Source of the DNA: Octopus vulgaris | Taxonomy: Eukaryota | DNA length: 64,000 bases | Direction: 5' to 3' | Assembly (NCBI GenBank): GCA_951406725.2 | Contig: OX597839.1 | Span: 22,568,001 to 22,632,000, forward strand | In this document: piece by piece, positions 40,097 through 52,925 of the stretch | Numbering within the stretch: position 1 is the stretch's first letter | Layout: each line of letters begins with the position of its first letter | Translations under genes and position numbers: made by a program | The notes under the pieces: model-generated | Database searches by the model: none | The model's input: the letters and a program-made list of their open reading frames with translations, nothing else | What the model was told of the DNA's origin: nothing

Positions 40097-40332
40097 TTTC
40101 AAGCTAATTACTATAATCACAGACTGGACAGTGGTCATGCTGCGGGGCCACAATCAAGGGTTTTAGTCAATTGCACCAACCTCAGTATTTCAATCTCATC
40201 TGATGAAAAGGGTCATGGAAATTGTTTATCAGTCGGATCAACACAAAACTCTTTCGGTGAACGAGATAAACGAAGGAAAAAAAGATTATTTGAGGGATTT
40301 ATACAATATTCATCAGTGGATTTTCTCGTTAA

Positions 40333-40879
40333 CCCTTTCGTTACCGTATTATGTACCGGTGGCACATAAAAAGCACCATCCGTTCGTGTCCGTTGCCAGC
40401 CTCGCCTGGCCCCCGTGCTGGTGGCACATAAAAAGCACCATCCGTTCGTGGCCGTTTGCCAGCTCCGTCTGGCACCTGTGCGGGTGGCACGTAAAAAGCA
40501 CCCACTACACTCACGGAGTGGTTGGCGTTAGGAAGGGCATCCAGCTGTAGAAACTCTGCCAGATCTGACTGGGCCTGATGCAGCCTTCTGGCTTCACAGA
40601 CCCCAGTTGAACCGTCCAACCCATGCTAGCATGGAAAACGGACGCTAAACGATGATGATGATGATGATGATGATTCCTGTTGAGATGGTCTGTGTTTCTT
40701 TCAGTTAATTTTAAATATAACAAAGACTTTAGTAAAATAACTTAGTCATCATTCAGCTAGTTTTAGGAACATAAATTGTGACTAAGGTTTGGTGGAAGAT
40801 TTTAATTCAGAACTTTTGAAAATAAGACATTTGTACTAGAGAGCCAGAGCTGGTTTCAGCCAGGTTGGCACCAAAAGGG
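40333..40879. mobile_element. piggyBac-type MITE (inverted relative of 42776-42996) split by a retroposon
   Basis: TTAA-CCCTTTCGTTAC start; 40675-40879 matches the reverse complement of 42776-42975. Confidence 0.8.
40351..40674 (+). mobile_element. RTE-type (GAT)n-tailed retroposon 3' end, nested in a MITE
   Basis: Repeated ggtggcacataaaaagcacc units, gttggcgttaggaagggcatccagc, (GAT)n tail. Confidence 0.8.
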
Positions 40880-41748
40880 TTCAGTACTGGGGTTGTGTCA
40901 TTCAACAAAAAGATTCTCTAAGGTGGTGCCCCAGCATGGCCGTAGTCTAATGACTGAAGCAAGTAAAAAATAAAAGAAAAAGATATGGGAACAGAAAGAC
41001 AGCAAGAGGGAGGGAATGAGAGAGAGAGAGAGAGGGAGGGAAGTGTGTGTATGTAGTAAGATGAGAGGGTGAGTGTGTACTACATGTGGTAGAATATGAG
41101 AGAGAGAGAAAGAGAAAGTGAAGGAGGGAGAGAGATTGGTAGGATGAGAGTATGAGAAAGTGCAAGTCAGGGAAAATTGGAAACAGCAAAAAAAAAAAGA
41201 AGGGAAAAATGAAAGGAGCCAAAAAAAAAAAAAACTCAAAAAAAAAAAACCCAGACGTTTTCAAAGAGATCAATATTAGAAGGAAAATAAGGTAACCATA
41301 AAAAAAAAAAAAGGATCAGCCACAGTTTTTTGAGTTTTTTATTTTTTTCATGTTCCCTGATGTTTAAGAGAGAGAGTTTCCTTCATCCCACACCGACACA
41401 ATAATTATAGGCAACCACAAATATGTGTAAAAACACGTCTCAGGGAAACCGCAAGTTGTTCTCTGGCATCGATTCACAGACCACAATAGCAGCCGTGTCT
41501 ACAACTGCAACATTCACAATATTCCGGAGCTAAAAAAATGGCAAACTTAGGTGATATAATGTCAATAAGGTTGACAGCTAAGTCATTATACAGAAAGGGG
41601 GCACCGTAATAGTGTTCAGCTGAAAATATAGGGCAGAGTTTCGGAAGAAGGGAAGCTTCATGTATTTCTTTTTTATATCATTTAACGAGCGAGCTTTGGT
41701 GTTTTAGGGCCTTAAATATATTTTAAATATTTTCAGGGCTGAGTTGGT

Positions 41749-42190
41749 GAAGGCAGATGGCTCAGTGGTTAGGGATTCTGGTGCATGAGTGTAAGGATCA
41801 TCGTCGTTTGACATCCGTTTCTCATGCTGGCATGGGTTGGACAGGGTGTCTGGAAGCTGCTAAGTTAGGGGGCGGGGAAGCTGCACAAGATTCCGATCTG
41901 ATTTAGCAAGGTTTCTATAGCTGGATGCTCTTCCAAGAGCATAAGGTTATGAACTGGATTTCTGTTGGCATGCTGTATCCTTGAGCAAGACACTTTATTC
42001 TACGTGACTCCAGTCCATTCAGCTGGCAAAAATGAGTTGTACCTGTAATTCAAAAGGGGGTCAGCCTTTTCCCATTCTGAGAACTACGTTAAGGGTATGC
42101 TTGTCAGTGGAGTACTCAGCCACTTGCAAGTTCATTTCACAAGCAGGATGTTCCATTGATTGGATGAAGTGGAACACTCATTGATATAAC
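41749..42190 (+). mobile_element. tRNA-derived SINE interrupted by an inverted (GAT)n-tailed retroposon fragment (~41797-41935)
   Basis: ggcagatggctcagtggttag head; insert flanked by gagtgtaagg / gagcataagg; resumes with ccttgagcaagacact. Confidence 0.7.
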
Positions 42191-42552
42191 TGGTACCAGT
42201 TATAATCTGAGGTGACAATGCTGTGCCCATGACCTTTTCCAGGACTCCAAGTTGTGGGTCAGACCCAAATACTGACAATAGAATAAGGACCCCTAAAAGC
42301 ACAAGAAGACCTGGACATGGTGTTGACCTTGGTGATGGATTAAATCATTAAATCTAACCCTCAAGAACAGGAATAACTCTACAAGCAAGATTCCATCCCC
42401 GTAGTTTCACAAATTACAGGTTGACTTAATGATAGATAACAGCTGTCCAAGGTGCCATGCAGTGGAATTGAACCTAAGACAATGTGGTTTGCCATAAATA
42501 TATTAATTAGTGGTGTAATAAAGAGAGAAAGAGAGAGAGAGAGAGAGAGATG

Positions 42553-43086
42553 TGTTGTTACTTGTTCCTTCTCAAGCCATGCCTGGCTCATAAGGGCCAG
42601 TTTCCCAGTTTCATTGACATACAGGTTCCCCACCTGGATGGGACACTGGTCCGTCTCGGGTGAGCTGCTAGATGCAGGAGGAAAGAGTGAGAGAAAGGTG
42701 TGGTGAAGGTGTCAGCAGAAGTTTGCCGTTACCTTCTGCCAGAGCCGTGTAGAGCTTAGGTGTTTCGCTCATTAACCCTTTCGTTACCAACCCGGCTGAA
42801 ACCGGCTCTGGCTCTTTAGTATAAATGTCTTGTTTTCATAAGTTTTGAATTCAAAATTTCAACCAAATTTTAGTCACAATTTATGTTCCTAACACTAGCT
42901 CAATGATAACGATGTTATTTTACTAAATTCTTTCTTATATTTAAAATAATTGGAAGAAACACAGAGCATCTCAAAATAAATACAGTAACGAAAGGGTTAA
43001 CACACACATCACCCGGTCTGAGATTCGAACCCACAATCCCTTGACCACAAGTCTGCTGCTCTAACCACTACGCCATGTGCCTCCAC
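42553..43086 (-). mobile_element. tRNA-derived SINE with V-domain-like core, interrupted by a piggyBac-type MITE
   Basis: GGCACATGGCGTAGTGGTTAG / GGTTCGAATC boxes; ggaccagtgtcccatccagg core; related copy at 58565-58800. Confidence 0.8.
42776..42996. mobile_element. piggyBac-type MITE with TTAA TSD
   Basis: TTAA-CCCTTTCGTTAC...GTAACGAAAGGG-TTAA. Confidence 0.9.
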
Positions 43087-43280
43087 AGAAAGTGATACGA
43101 TGAGTGATAATTATGACATTTAATGGAAGGAGAACTGTATGTGTGGTGTTTGTGTTTTCAGAGATCATAACTAACAGAAATGATTGACAACAGCGATCAT
43201 CATCATCATCATCATCTAATGTCCACTTTTCATGCTGGCAGTGATACTATTCTATATTTTCTTTTTTTTTTTTTTTTTGA

Positions 43281-43540
43281 GATGAGGAATTATGTACATT
43301 ATTTACAATGGACGGGTATGTGTCCTCCCCTTGTTTGTATTCACCATGATGTTTCGGCTGATGCACTCTCCAGCCTTCATCAGGTGTCCTGGTGGAATTT
43401 CAAACCTAACCATTCTCATTCCTAAGGTATGGTGTCGATGTTATTTTTCTCTTTATATTATTTTTCAAGTCCCTGCCAGAGATTGAACTTAGAATCCAAG
43501 GGTTGCTAGCCCGCACTCTTATCCACTATGCTATAACCCC
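43281..43540 (-). mobile_element. tRNA-headed retroposon with a decayed hammerhead-like 3' module
   Basis: Head GGGGTTATAGCATAGTGG (A box)...AGTTCAATC (B box); downstream GACAC-CTGATGA-a-GGCTG..CAGCC-GAAAC. Confidence 0.55.
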
Positions 43541-44234
43541 ATGGGCATATAACAACGACAACAGGGATATGAGTATTAACAGATGAAGACAAACAGCTTG
43601 GACATCGGTCCATGGATTCCGGTGGTTATCTTTCCTCTTCTTGAAGGCAATAACAAGGCAAATATAGTAAGATTGCTTAAACCGAAAGCTACCCCTTTCA
43701 TCAGCATATTTTTGTTGAAACACACCACCTTGTTTCAACAAATTTTTGCTTAAAATTACTTCAGAGAAGCAGGAGTGATTTCAGGTGGATTCGTATTAAA
43801 AGGATACACATTCAATTGTTGACTCAGTTGATCAAATAAACACTGATAAAAATTTACAAATGTCTGAGGGAAAGTCTCTGAAAATGAGATGGAAAGTGAA
43901 GAAAGGACTTTGACTAACAAACAATTGATTGTTTAACCAACACATTAAACAAACAATCAATTAGTTAGTTGGTTGCATGTTTAACTGACTGACTGACAAT
44001 AAAGAAGCGATATTGAACCAGTGTATGTGTTTACAATTATTGGCATAATGACCCCTCCAAGACACAATACGATTTGTTTTAATGCACAAATTTACATCAA
44101 GAATCTTGCAGACCAACTACAAAAATGAGGCAAATAATAGCAATAGATGTTTCGGCCATTATCCATCGTCAGGTCAGTCAGTGTTGGTAGACATCAATGA
44201 CATTGTAGAAAGCAATCACTAAACTGAACCGATA

Positions 44235-44488
44235 AGTTACCAATACTGGTTATCAAGCGATGATGGGAGGGGGACAAACGCAGATACAGAGTCACGCCAC
44301 ACATAGATATATACATATATATACAACTGGATTCATTCAGTTTCCGTCTACCAAATCCACTCACAAGGCTTTGGTTGGCCTGAGGCTATAGGAGAAAACA
44401 CTTGCCCAAGGTGCCACACAGTGGGACTGAACCTGGCACCATGTGGTTGGGAAACAAGCTTCTTACCACCCAGCCATGCCTGCACCTA
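44235..44488 (-). mobile_element. SINE family A, 5' two-thirds
   Basis: Sequence similarity to family A. Confidence 0.8.
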
Positions 44489-44730
44489 TGAAACATATAG
44501 GTTGCCATAAAACATATCTTTGTTGTTACTAAATTGCATTGAGATTAAAGGGTTGTGGTTTCAAATGTACCCGCAACAAGGAAATTTTGCCTTAACTCTT
44601 TAACATTTAAACCAGCCATATCCAACCTCTCACACCTACCCTACAATGTATTTCTAATCCATGATTAATTCAAAACAATGTGAATAAAAAAGCATTACAT
44701 CTGACAATAATCTGAATGCTAAAGGGTTAA

Positions 44731-44773
<43 letters not shown>

Positions 44774-44873
44774 ACTTATAAACAACTTGTTTATAAATTT
44801 AACCTTTAAAGGTATTTTTTAAATATGCTAGCCATTGATAAAATATTTTTCGAAAAATTTTATCCTATATTAG

Positions 44874-44909
<36 letters not shown>

Positions 44910-44914
44910 GTAAT

Positions 44915-45058
44915 ATTAGGTTGTCCCAAAAGTTCGTAAACACTTGCGAAAATTGAATTTTTACTCGCAAGTACTAACAAAAACAACAGAAAATTATTCC
45001 TCAAAATAAAGACCATTATTTTAGCGCAAGACTTTCTACGAACTTTTGGGATAACCTT
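44915..45058. mobile_element. Mariner-type MITE
   Basis: aggttgtcccaaaagttcgta / tacgaacttttgggataacct. Confidence 0.75.
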
Positions 45059-45809
45059 CTATACACAGATATTAAATATTCAACTTATTTTTTGTTCAAA
45101 CTGGCCAGCTCCAACCTTTCACATCTACCCAACAATGTCATTCAAAACATAATGACATCATTAAAATCTTAAAGCTGTGAGATAATCCATGATTAATTTA
45201 AAAAATTGTGAATAAGCAAACATTACATTTTGAACGGTTAATCTGTGTGCTGAAGGGTCAAATATGACTTTTAATCTAAAGTGATTACTAAAATTTATCC
45301 CTTTATACCAGGTTATCCCCTATTTAATACTAGGTGAATAGAAGTTAATCTACAGTGTTACATAATGCCATATAATCAGAATTTTATCATAATCTGAAAG
45401 TTAGTAACAAAGGTCAGGAAGGTGCATTATCAGAGAATCCTTCATCCGAGTAGAAGCTTTATGAGAGCCCTCCCACCCCATTAACAAAGGTATGAAATCC
45501 TCAGAAGGGACCCACATTCAGGCAAGCAGACACCAAAACATGAAATCTGTTAAACGAGGTCAGTAGGGAGAAATGAGGCCACAGACTGTATGTGTCCTTC
45601 ACACGCAGCTGTGATTTCTGCACCAGAATCGGTCTCGTCAGATATCTACAGTCACATGAACCCCAGACAACTACACAGGTGAAGTCAAGGCTTTCATCAA
45701 TGACCGGTGAATAAGCAGTGAATAAACAGATATTTTTCATGTGAAATGGGAAGATTCAAATTTCGTGTTTTAATGTAGAGTTGTACGACAAGATACAGAC
45801 ATACTATGA

Positions 45810-46236
45810 ACCCTTAAGCCTATAGCATTTAAATCAACTACATCCGGTCTAAATATTCTACCTGTTTCATGATGAAACTGGCCCGATCCAGCCTCTCCCA
45901 CTTACCCTACAATGTCATTCTAAAAATAAAACAATCCCATCACTGAAATCTCAAAGCTACAAGATGATGCAGGATTAATTCAAAGCAATGTGAATAAATA
46001 AGGATTAGATTTGATGAAATAATCTGAGTGCTAAAGGGTTAAATCGGTCAAACCCAGCCCAAATATTCTACTTGTTTTGTGTTCAAACTGGCCAGATCCA
46101 GCCTCTCACACCTAGCCTACAATGTCATTCTCAGAATAACCAGTCACATCTTGAAGCCACAAGATACTCTGTGATTAAGTTTAAAAAATATGGACGAAAC
46201 ATTTGAGAAATGAATCTGAATGCTTGAAGGGTTAAA
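45810..46236. mobile_element. Two tandem piggyBac-type MITEs (CCCTTTAGCATT family)
   Basis: Each ends in tgct.aagggttaa; further copies at 33300-33586, 44592-44730, 45080-45260, 47830-47975, 63655-64000. Confidence 0.75.
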
Positions 46237-47406
46237 AACGAAATATTTTACTTTCTAGTTATTTGATAGAATGTGAAAATATTCCTGGACCATAGGCATC
46301 AGGGCCACAGCACAACATTTACTGAGCAATGAAAGCCACAACGTTACACTACAAACAAAAACCAAGGAATATTTCAAGTGAATAATCAAATGTTTAACTG
46401 CATTTTTTTTCATTTAAAATTAAAAAAAAAAGTTGGAGATGGATTATGGAGGATTATTGATTTACTAAAACTGGGTCACAAAGATGAAAGGTCTGAGAAT
46501 TGTTGCCCCTTAGGGTGCAGAATGTAATGATAAAAGGAAGATCAAAACCAAATACATCTACACACATATATATATATGAAGAATAGGAAAAGGAATATAG
46601 CAGGAATTTCATACGACCAATAATGATTGAGTGTCAGAGAAATCTAATCTAGATATGAGTTGGAACTCTTAAACCAACACCTGAGTGACTCGACCAGATA
46701 AACCAACACCTGGGTGGCTCAAGCAGATAAATCAACACCTGGGTGACTCAAACAGCTGTGTAGTGTGAATCGATCAAGACATGAGCTAGATGTGAAGTGA
46801 CAAGAGAAATAAGATGACCTACAAAAGTCGGCAAAGAACAGCAAGAAGTCTGATCAGAGATAGAAATTATAAAAAGTGAGATAAAAAAATCTGTTGTTGT
46901 TTAACCACAGGTCAACACTGAGTGAGTAGACCTATGATCAAAGGTATTCCAACCATATGTGTGTGTGTGTGTGTGTGTGTGTATTTGTATATCATGGTGT
47001 TGACCAGACTATTTTAACTTGTAACCCAGGACCGAATGATAGCTGACCAATGCAAGATTTGAACTAAGAATGTGAACATCACCATGCATTCATTCTGTCC
47101 AACAATCTAATGATTCTGCTCATATAAATACATCAGTTTCAAATTTTGGCACAAGGCCAGCAACTTTAGGGGAGTTGGAGGTCATATCGTCACCCTTTTA
47201 CCAAATGGTGATATGAGGACAAAGAGACAAGAGAATGTCTTCTTTTAAGAACCAAGGAGAAATCAAGGAAGGTGAAGATGGCAGAAAATAAAGAATGGCT
47301 CCAAGTAAGAATTGAAACTGAATTGAAAACTCTTCAAAAGATCAATCTGGAAGTCTGTCGGACAAGATTTATTTTGCTAAACCTTGTCAAGGAAACTTTT
47401 AAATAT

Positions 47407-47825
47407 AGGTGCAGGCGCGGTTGTGTGGTAAGTAGCTTGCATACCAACCACATGGTTCTGGGTTCAGTCCCACTGCGTGACACCATGGGCAAGTGTCTTC
47501 TACTATAGCTTCGGGCCGACCAAAGCCTTGTGAGTGGATTTGGGAAACTGAAAGAAGCCTGTTAAATATATATATATACACACACAGATATATATATATA
47601 TATATATTTATGTATAAATTTATGTGTTTATCTTTGTGTCTGAGTTTGTCCTCCCCACCATCGCTTGACAACCAGTGTTGGTGTGCTTACGTCTCTGTAA
47701 CTTAGCTGTTCAGTAAAAGTGACCGATAGAATAAGTCCAGGGCCAATTTCTTACACTAAAACCCTTTGAGTTGGTGCTCCAGCATGGCCACAGTAAAAAT
47801 GACAGAAACAAACAAACGAGTAAAA
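47407..47825 (+). mobile_element. SINE family A
   Basis: Sequence similarity to family A. Confidence 0.85.
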
Positions 47826-48007
47826 AGGCATCTTGTAGCTTCAAGATTTCTCTGATGTGATTGTTTATTTTTGGGATAACATTGTAGGGTAGGTGTGAGA
47901 GGCTGGATCTGGATGGTTTGGACATAAAATAGGGAGAATACTTGTGCAGGATAGGGGCCAGTTCAAATGCTAAAACAATAATACATTGGTATTCCATGGA
48001 ATGGAAA

Positions 48008-48238
48008 GGCGGCGAGCTAGCAGAAACGTTAGCACGTCGGGCGAAATGCTTAACAGTATTTCGTCAGCCGTTACGTTGTGAGTTCAAATTCCGCCGAGGT
48101 CGACTTTACCTTTCATCCTTTCGGGGTCGATAAATTAAGTACCAGTTACGCACTGGGGTCGATGTAATCGACTTAATACCTATGTCTGTCCTTGTTTGTC
48201 CCCTCTGTGTTTAGCCCCTTGTGGGTAGTAAAGAAATA
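48008..48238 (+). mobile_element. SINE family B with 16-bp TSD
   Basis: ggtattccatggaatg / ggtatttcatggaatg. Confidence 0.9.
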
Positions 48239-48663
48239 GGTATTTCATGGAATGTCTCTCTTGTATTAGTTTGGTGACATGAAAGAGATCTCTGAGGACT
48301 TTTACAAGAGTAGGTATTCCATGGAATGTCTGTCTTGTATTAGTTTGGTAACATGGAAGAGATCTATGAGGACTTTTACAAGAGATTTTACGAATGTGCC
48401 GAAGTTATTTAATCCTCAACATCCATGATGACAGCCGAAAGTATTGCAATCTCCATGTCCTTTGTCACACGTAGGTATTGAAACCTGGACAGTAGGACAG
48501 CAATTAGCTGGGAGAGTCAGGTAATTTCTTCATCACAGCTGTTTGCAGTGGAAGCCTGCCACCACACACACACACACACACACAAACTGGTAATATAAGC
48601 ACACACATATATAAACTCATACAATGTAAAGTCAGCTACTGACCCCACAACACACACAATACC

Positions 48664-48838
48664 TATTTCTTTATTACCCACAAGGGGCTGAACATAGAGG
48701 GGACAAACATGGACAGACATAGGTATTAAGTCGATTATATCGACCCCAGTGCTTAACTGGTACTTAATTTATCGACCCCGAAAGGATGAAAGGCAAAGTC
48801 GACCTCGGCGGAATTTGAACTCACAACGTAACGGCAGA
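48664..48838 (-). mobile_element. 5'-truncated SINE family B
   Basis: Lacks the A-box head; flanked by acacaatacc direct repeat. Confidence 0.85.
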
Positions 48839-49400
48839 CACAATACCAACAAGAAAGGTACTATGTCCTTGCCATATGTGCTAGAAATAGCACCCACAAC
48901 TTCCACATTCACATTAAGATTGAGGGTCACAGTCGAGACAGCTTCAATCATAGATCTGCTCAATTAGACTGACCTGGGGCTAAACAACAACTTACAATTA
49001 ACTAATTGCTGCTGCTGCTGCTACTACTACTACTACTACAACACAAGCATTTGAGGAAACTATATAAGCTTGACTTGTTAGAAATAGCAGCTAAATCTGA
49101 AAAACCCCAACGATGTTCTTTTAAAAAACACATCTGATACATAGCCGTCAAGGATGTCAAGAAAAAAAAAAAGACATGATGGTCCAGGTTGGAATATGTT
49201 TGATTATGGATCTACCCAAACATAAGCCTGACCTGGGGTTAAACAGCAGCTGTTTCCCCCTTACTACACATATACACAGTTATACCAACAAGCATATACA
49301 CACGTAGTGTCTGTATGCATACATACCTTACAATTGGCCTATACAGCTATAACACTTAACGACTGTACACGTTGTGTGCATATATATATATATATATATA

Positions 49401-49768
49401 TACTCTTTTACTTGTTTCAGTTATTTGACTGCGGCCATGCTGGAGCACCGCCTTTAGTCGAGCAAATCGACCCCGGGACTTATTCTTTTTGTAAGCCCAG
49501 TACTTATTCTATCGGTCTCTTTTTGCCGAACCGCTATGTGACGGGGACGTAAACACACCAGCATCGGTTGTCAAGCAATGCTAAGGGGACAAACACAGAC
49601 ACACAAACACACACATATATACATATATACGACAGGCTTCTTTCAGTTTCCGTCTACCAAATCCACTCACAAGGCATTGATCGGCCCGGGGCTATAGCAG
49701 AAGACACTTGCCCAAGATGCCACGCAGTGGGACTGAACCTGGAACCATGTGGTTGGTTAGCAAGCTAC
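49401..49768 (-). mobile_element. SINE family A in (TA)n
   Basis: Young copy, head slightly truncated. Confidence 0.9.
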
Positions 49769-49826
49769 ATATATATATATATATATATCATAACTGACAT
49801 ATAAGTCAGTACTGACAACTAGATAC

Positions 49827-49864
<38 letters not shown>

Positions 49865-50245
49865 TGTGCAGTAAGAAATTTACTACCCAATCACATAGTT
49901 CCGGGTTCAGTTCCACTGCATGGCACCTTGGGCAAGTGTCTTATATAGCCCTGAGCTGACCAAAGCCTTGTCAGTGGATTTGGAAGGTGGAAACTGAAAG
50001 AAGCCCATCGTGTGTATGTAAATAAATATATATATATATGGGGGGGGTGTTCCCCTCCCCCACCACCGTACAGTTTCACAACTGATGTCGGTGTGTTTAT
50101 GTCTCTGTAACTTAGCAGTTCAGCAAAAGATACAGATAGAATAAGTACCAGGCTTAATAAATAAATAAATAAATACTGGGGTCGATTTCCTAACTAAAAT
50201 TCTTCAAAGCAGTGCTGCAGAATGGCCGCAAGCAAGTAGAAGATA
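49865..50245 (+). mobile_element. SINE family A (diverged)
   Basis: Sequence similarity to family A. Confidence 0.8.
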
Positions 50246-50690
50246 TAAAGACATTACATGACATGGAAAACTAATAAGAGATGCTCAAATGTGTCTATGT
50301 AAGTGTATATATATATATACACCCGTACACACACTAATGTATAAGTATATACATATGTCTGTGTAGGTAGACAGAAGCATATATGTATATATATGTATGT
50401 GTGCGTGTATGCCTTTAAGTATGTGTGTGTGTATATGGGGGAGTGCGGCGAAATATGTCGTCAGCTGAGTGAGGAAGACGGTGATGGTGGAGGGAGAGGA
50501 GAAACAAAACGATTTGTGTTTACAAATAGAAGACAATTCTATGGGTTTCTCGAGAAAACCTAGCAGCTTCTTGTCTACAGGAAACGGTAAGTGGGTCGCT
50601 GCCAATCAATCCGGCAACACACTCCAAATAATTAGATACAACCAAAACAAACAAAAACCCTACAACACAGTATACATACATATATATATA

Positions 50691-50848
50691 CTTTATTTAA
50701 AGCAAAAACTGTCTGATGAACGGCAACGAGAAACTCAGAGTAACAGATTTTGTTGAATTTTCTGCTGCTTTAAATAAAGCATATTACTCTACCACTGGTA
50801 TTTGAGTACTCTTTTTTCCACCTTGTTTCACATTTATGTGTTTACTCC

Positions 50849-50851
<3 letters not shown>
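50691..50851 (+). mobile_element. Penelope-like non-autonomous element in (TA)n (same family as 13861-14102)
   Basis: Shares 'ataaagcatattactctacc..tggtatt.gagtact..ttttttcca.cttgtttcacatttatgtg'; hammerhead core; short 14-bp inverted repeat. Confidence 0.55.
50704..50752 (+). ncRNA. Minimal type-I hammerhead ribozyme motif
   Basis: aaaaCTGT-CTGATGA-aCG GCAA CGa-GAA-ACTC a GAGT-A-ACAGatttt: stem I CTGT/ACAG, very short stem II with GNRA loop, stem III ACTC/GAGT, GUA site. Confidence 0.55.
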
Positions 50852-50938
<87 letters not shown>

Positions 50939-50953
50939 TATACATATATATAC

Positions 50954-51091
<138 letters not shown>

Positions 51092-52545
51092 GTGTGTGTA
51101 TATGTTTTTTATATATATATATATATATATACACAGACACACACACATGCATATATATATGTACCCAGAACTATAAGAGACAGAGAAGGGTTAGTGTGTG
51201 AGTGTAGTGGGTGTGGGGATCAGGTAGCGGATCCTCAAGAAGTTACAAACCCTCCTATCTATCTTTGCTAATGTCTGTACAAAGAAGTGACTGGCACCGC
51301 ACACACACATTTGAGGGGGTGTCGAGAGGAAAGACCTATATTTACTTTTGGATGTCAAGAATGTTGAGAACGTGTATGTGTATGTATATATATTGTGTAT
51401 TGTATGTGCGTTTATGTATTGTGCATTGTATGTGTGTGTCCTAATTTACCTATGCTTGCATTCTCTGAACGACCCTCTATGCTAGAAATAACAGTTGTAT
51501 TCCCCCTCACTGTCGTCATAAAAAAAGGACAGCGGATAGATAATTTTGTTGTTATTGTTGTTGTAGTCTCGGTATCTCTGACAAACAGACGGTGTGGTCA
51601 CGGACGGAGCAAGATTCGATTCCTCAAAGGTCTGTCAGCGCTATCAGATACTAACTTTTTTAAAGCTAAACAACTAGACGAGACGGTAGGGCCATCGTTG
51701 GATTGGCTTGTGATCAATGGTCTGTCAGCCCTATCGGGACTGACCTGGTGCTAAATAACAACTAAGTAAGTGGGTAGATGTCACGGTGGGATTGGCTTAT
51801 GACGAAGGGTCTGCCTGCTCTACCACGACTTCTGTCAAATCTCTCTGATGGTAAAAAGTTTGAATCAAAAACATCGTTGATTGAGTTAACTAATGAGTTT
51901 TAGTTAATTAAAACGACACGAGGATGATAACAATGGTTCGACGAAGGCAATCAGAAATTAATTAAGTCTGAAAGGGAACAGGTTTCATAATAAAAACCCT
52001 CTTAACTTTATAACTATCCATTAATCGTGTTTGTCCTATTCTTCGTCGCTCATGAAACATGAATGACAAGTTGCATTCACAGCACATGGCCTCCACCCTG
52101 GAAGTGTTGTGGTGATTGCTTTAGCTACGGGGACAGGACTGACTGAACAGGACATATCACCAAAAGCGTTCCATCAACGACCATCCAGTTTGTTTATCAC
52201 TTTAAAAAAAGTAACTCAATAGTTGGATGCGATTTGAAAGAAACGTGGCTGTTGTTTCTAGCAGGGTGAACAACCACCCACAGGCTCCTTCGCAGACTCG
52301 TACGTACATGGGTGTTGTAGTTGTTGATTAGCCCTAGGTCAGTCCTGACGAAGTAGACTTATGATCAGAGACGCCTTCACCGTGACCATCCAGTCCTCTG
52401 TGCAGATGCACTCCAGTACAGCAGTTGTAGTAGTACCACGTTACGCAACATCCGTTGTTTCGTAAAGCGATACAATTTGACTTAAAAGTGAGTTTGGCTG
52501 CTATTTCTAGCACTTCAAGCAACCACATAGATGCTTTAACGTTGG

Positions 52546-52576
<31 letters not shown>

Positions 52577-52580
<4 letters not shown>

Positions 52581-52708
52581 TCCATATTATACACTCGCGA
52601 CAGGGCTATATACACGCATAGTCCTGTCCCACCCCCTTTGTATAGACCTATCTTTTTCCTTTACTTTTTGGTTCATTCATATATCTAAACATACACATAC
52701 CCCATCCC

Positions 52709-52742
<34 letters not shown>

Positions 52743-52880
52743 ACTCCATATCATACACTCGCGACAGGGCTATATACACGCATAGTCCCGTCCCACCCCC
52801 TTTGTATAGACCTATCTTTTTCCTTTACTTTTTGGTTCATTCATATATCTAAACATACACATACCCCATCCCATATATAT
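52577..52880. repeat. ~165-bp tandem duplication bounded by (TA)n
   Basis: acactccata...ccccatcccatata twice, nearly identical. Confidence 0.9.
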
Positions 52881-52894
52881 ATATATATATATAG

Positions 52895-52925
<31 letters not shown>

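Noticed and set aside
43005-43086. tRNA genes at SINE heads (also 21910-21985, 43470-43540)
   Set aside because: No complete acceptor stem; they continue into SINE bodies.
44146-44178. CTGACGA..GAAAC relic (similarly 5843-5872)
   Set aside because: Stems I and III do not pair; at most decayed PLE fragments.
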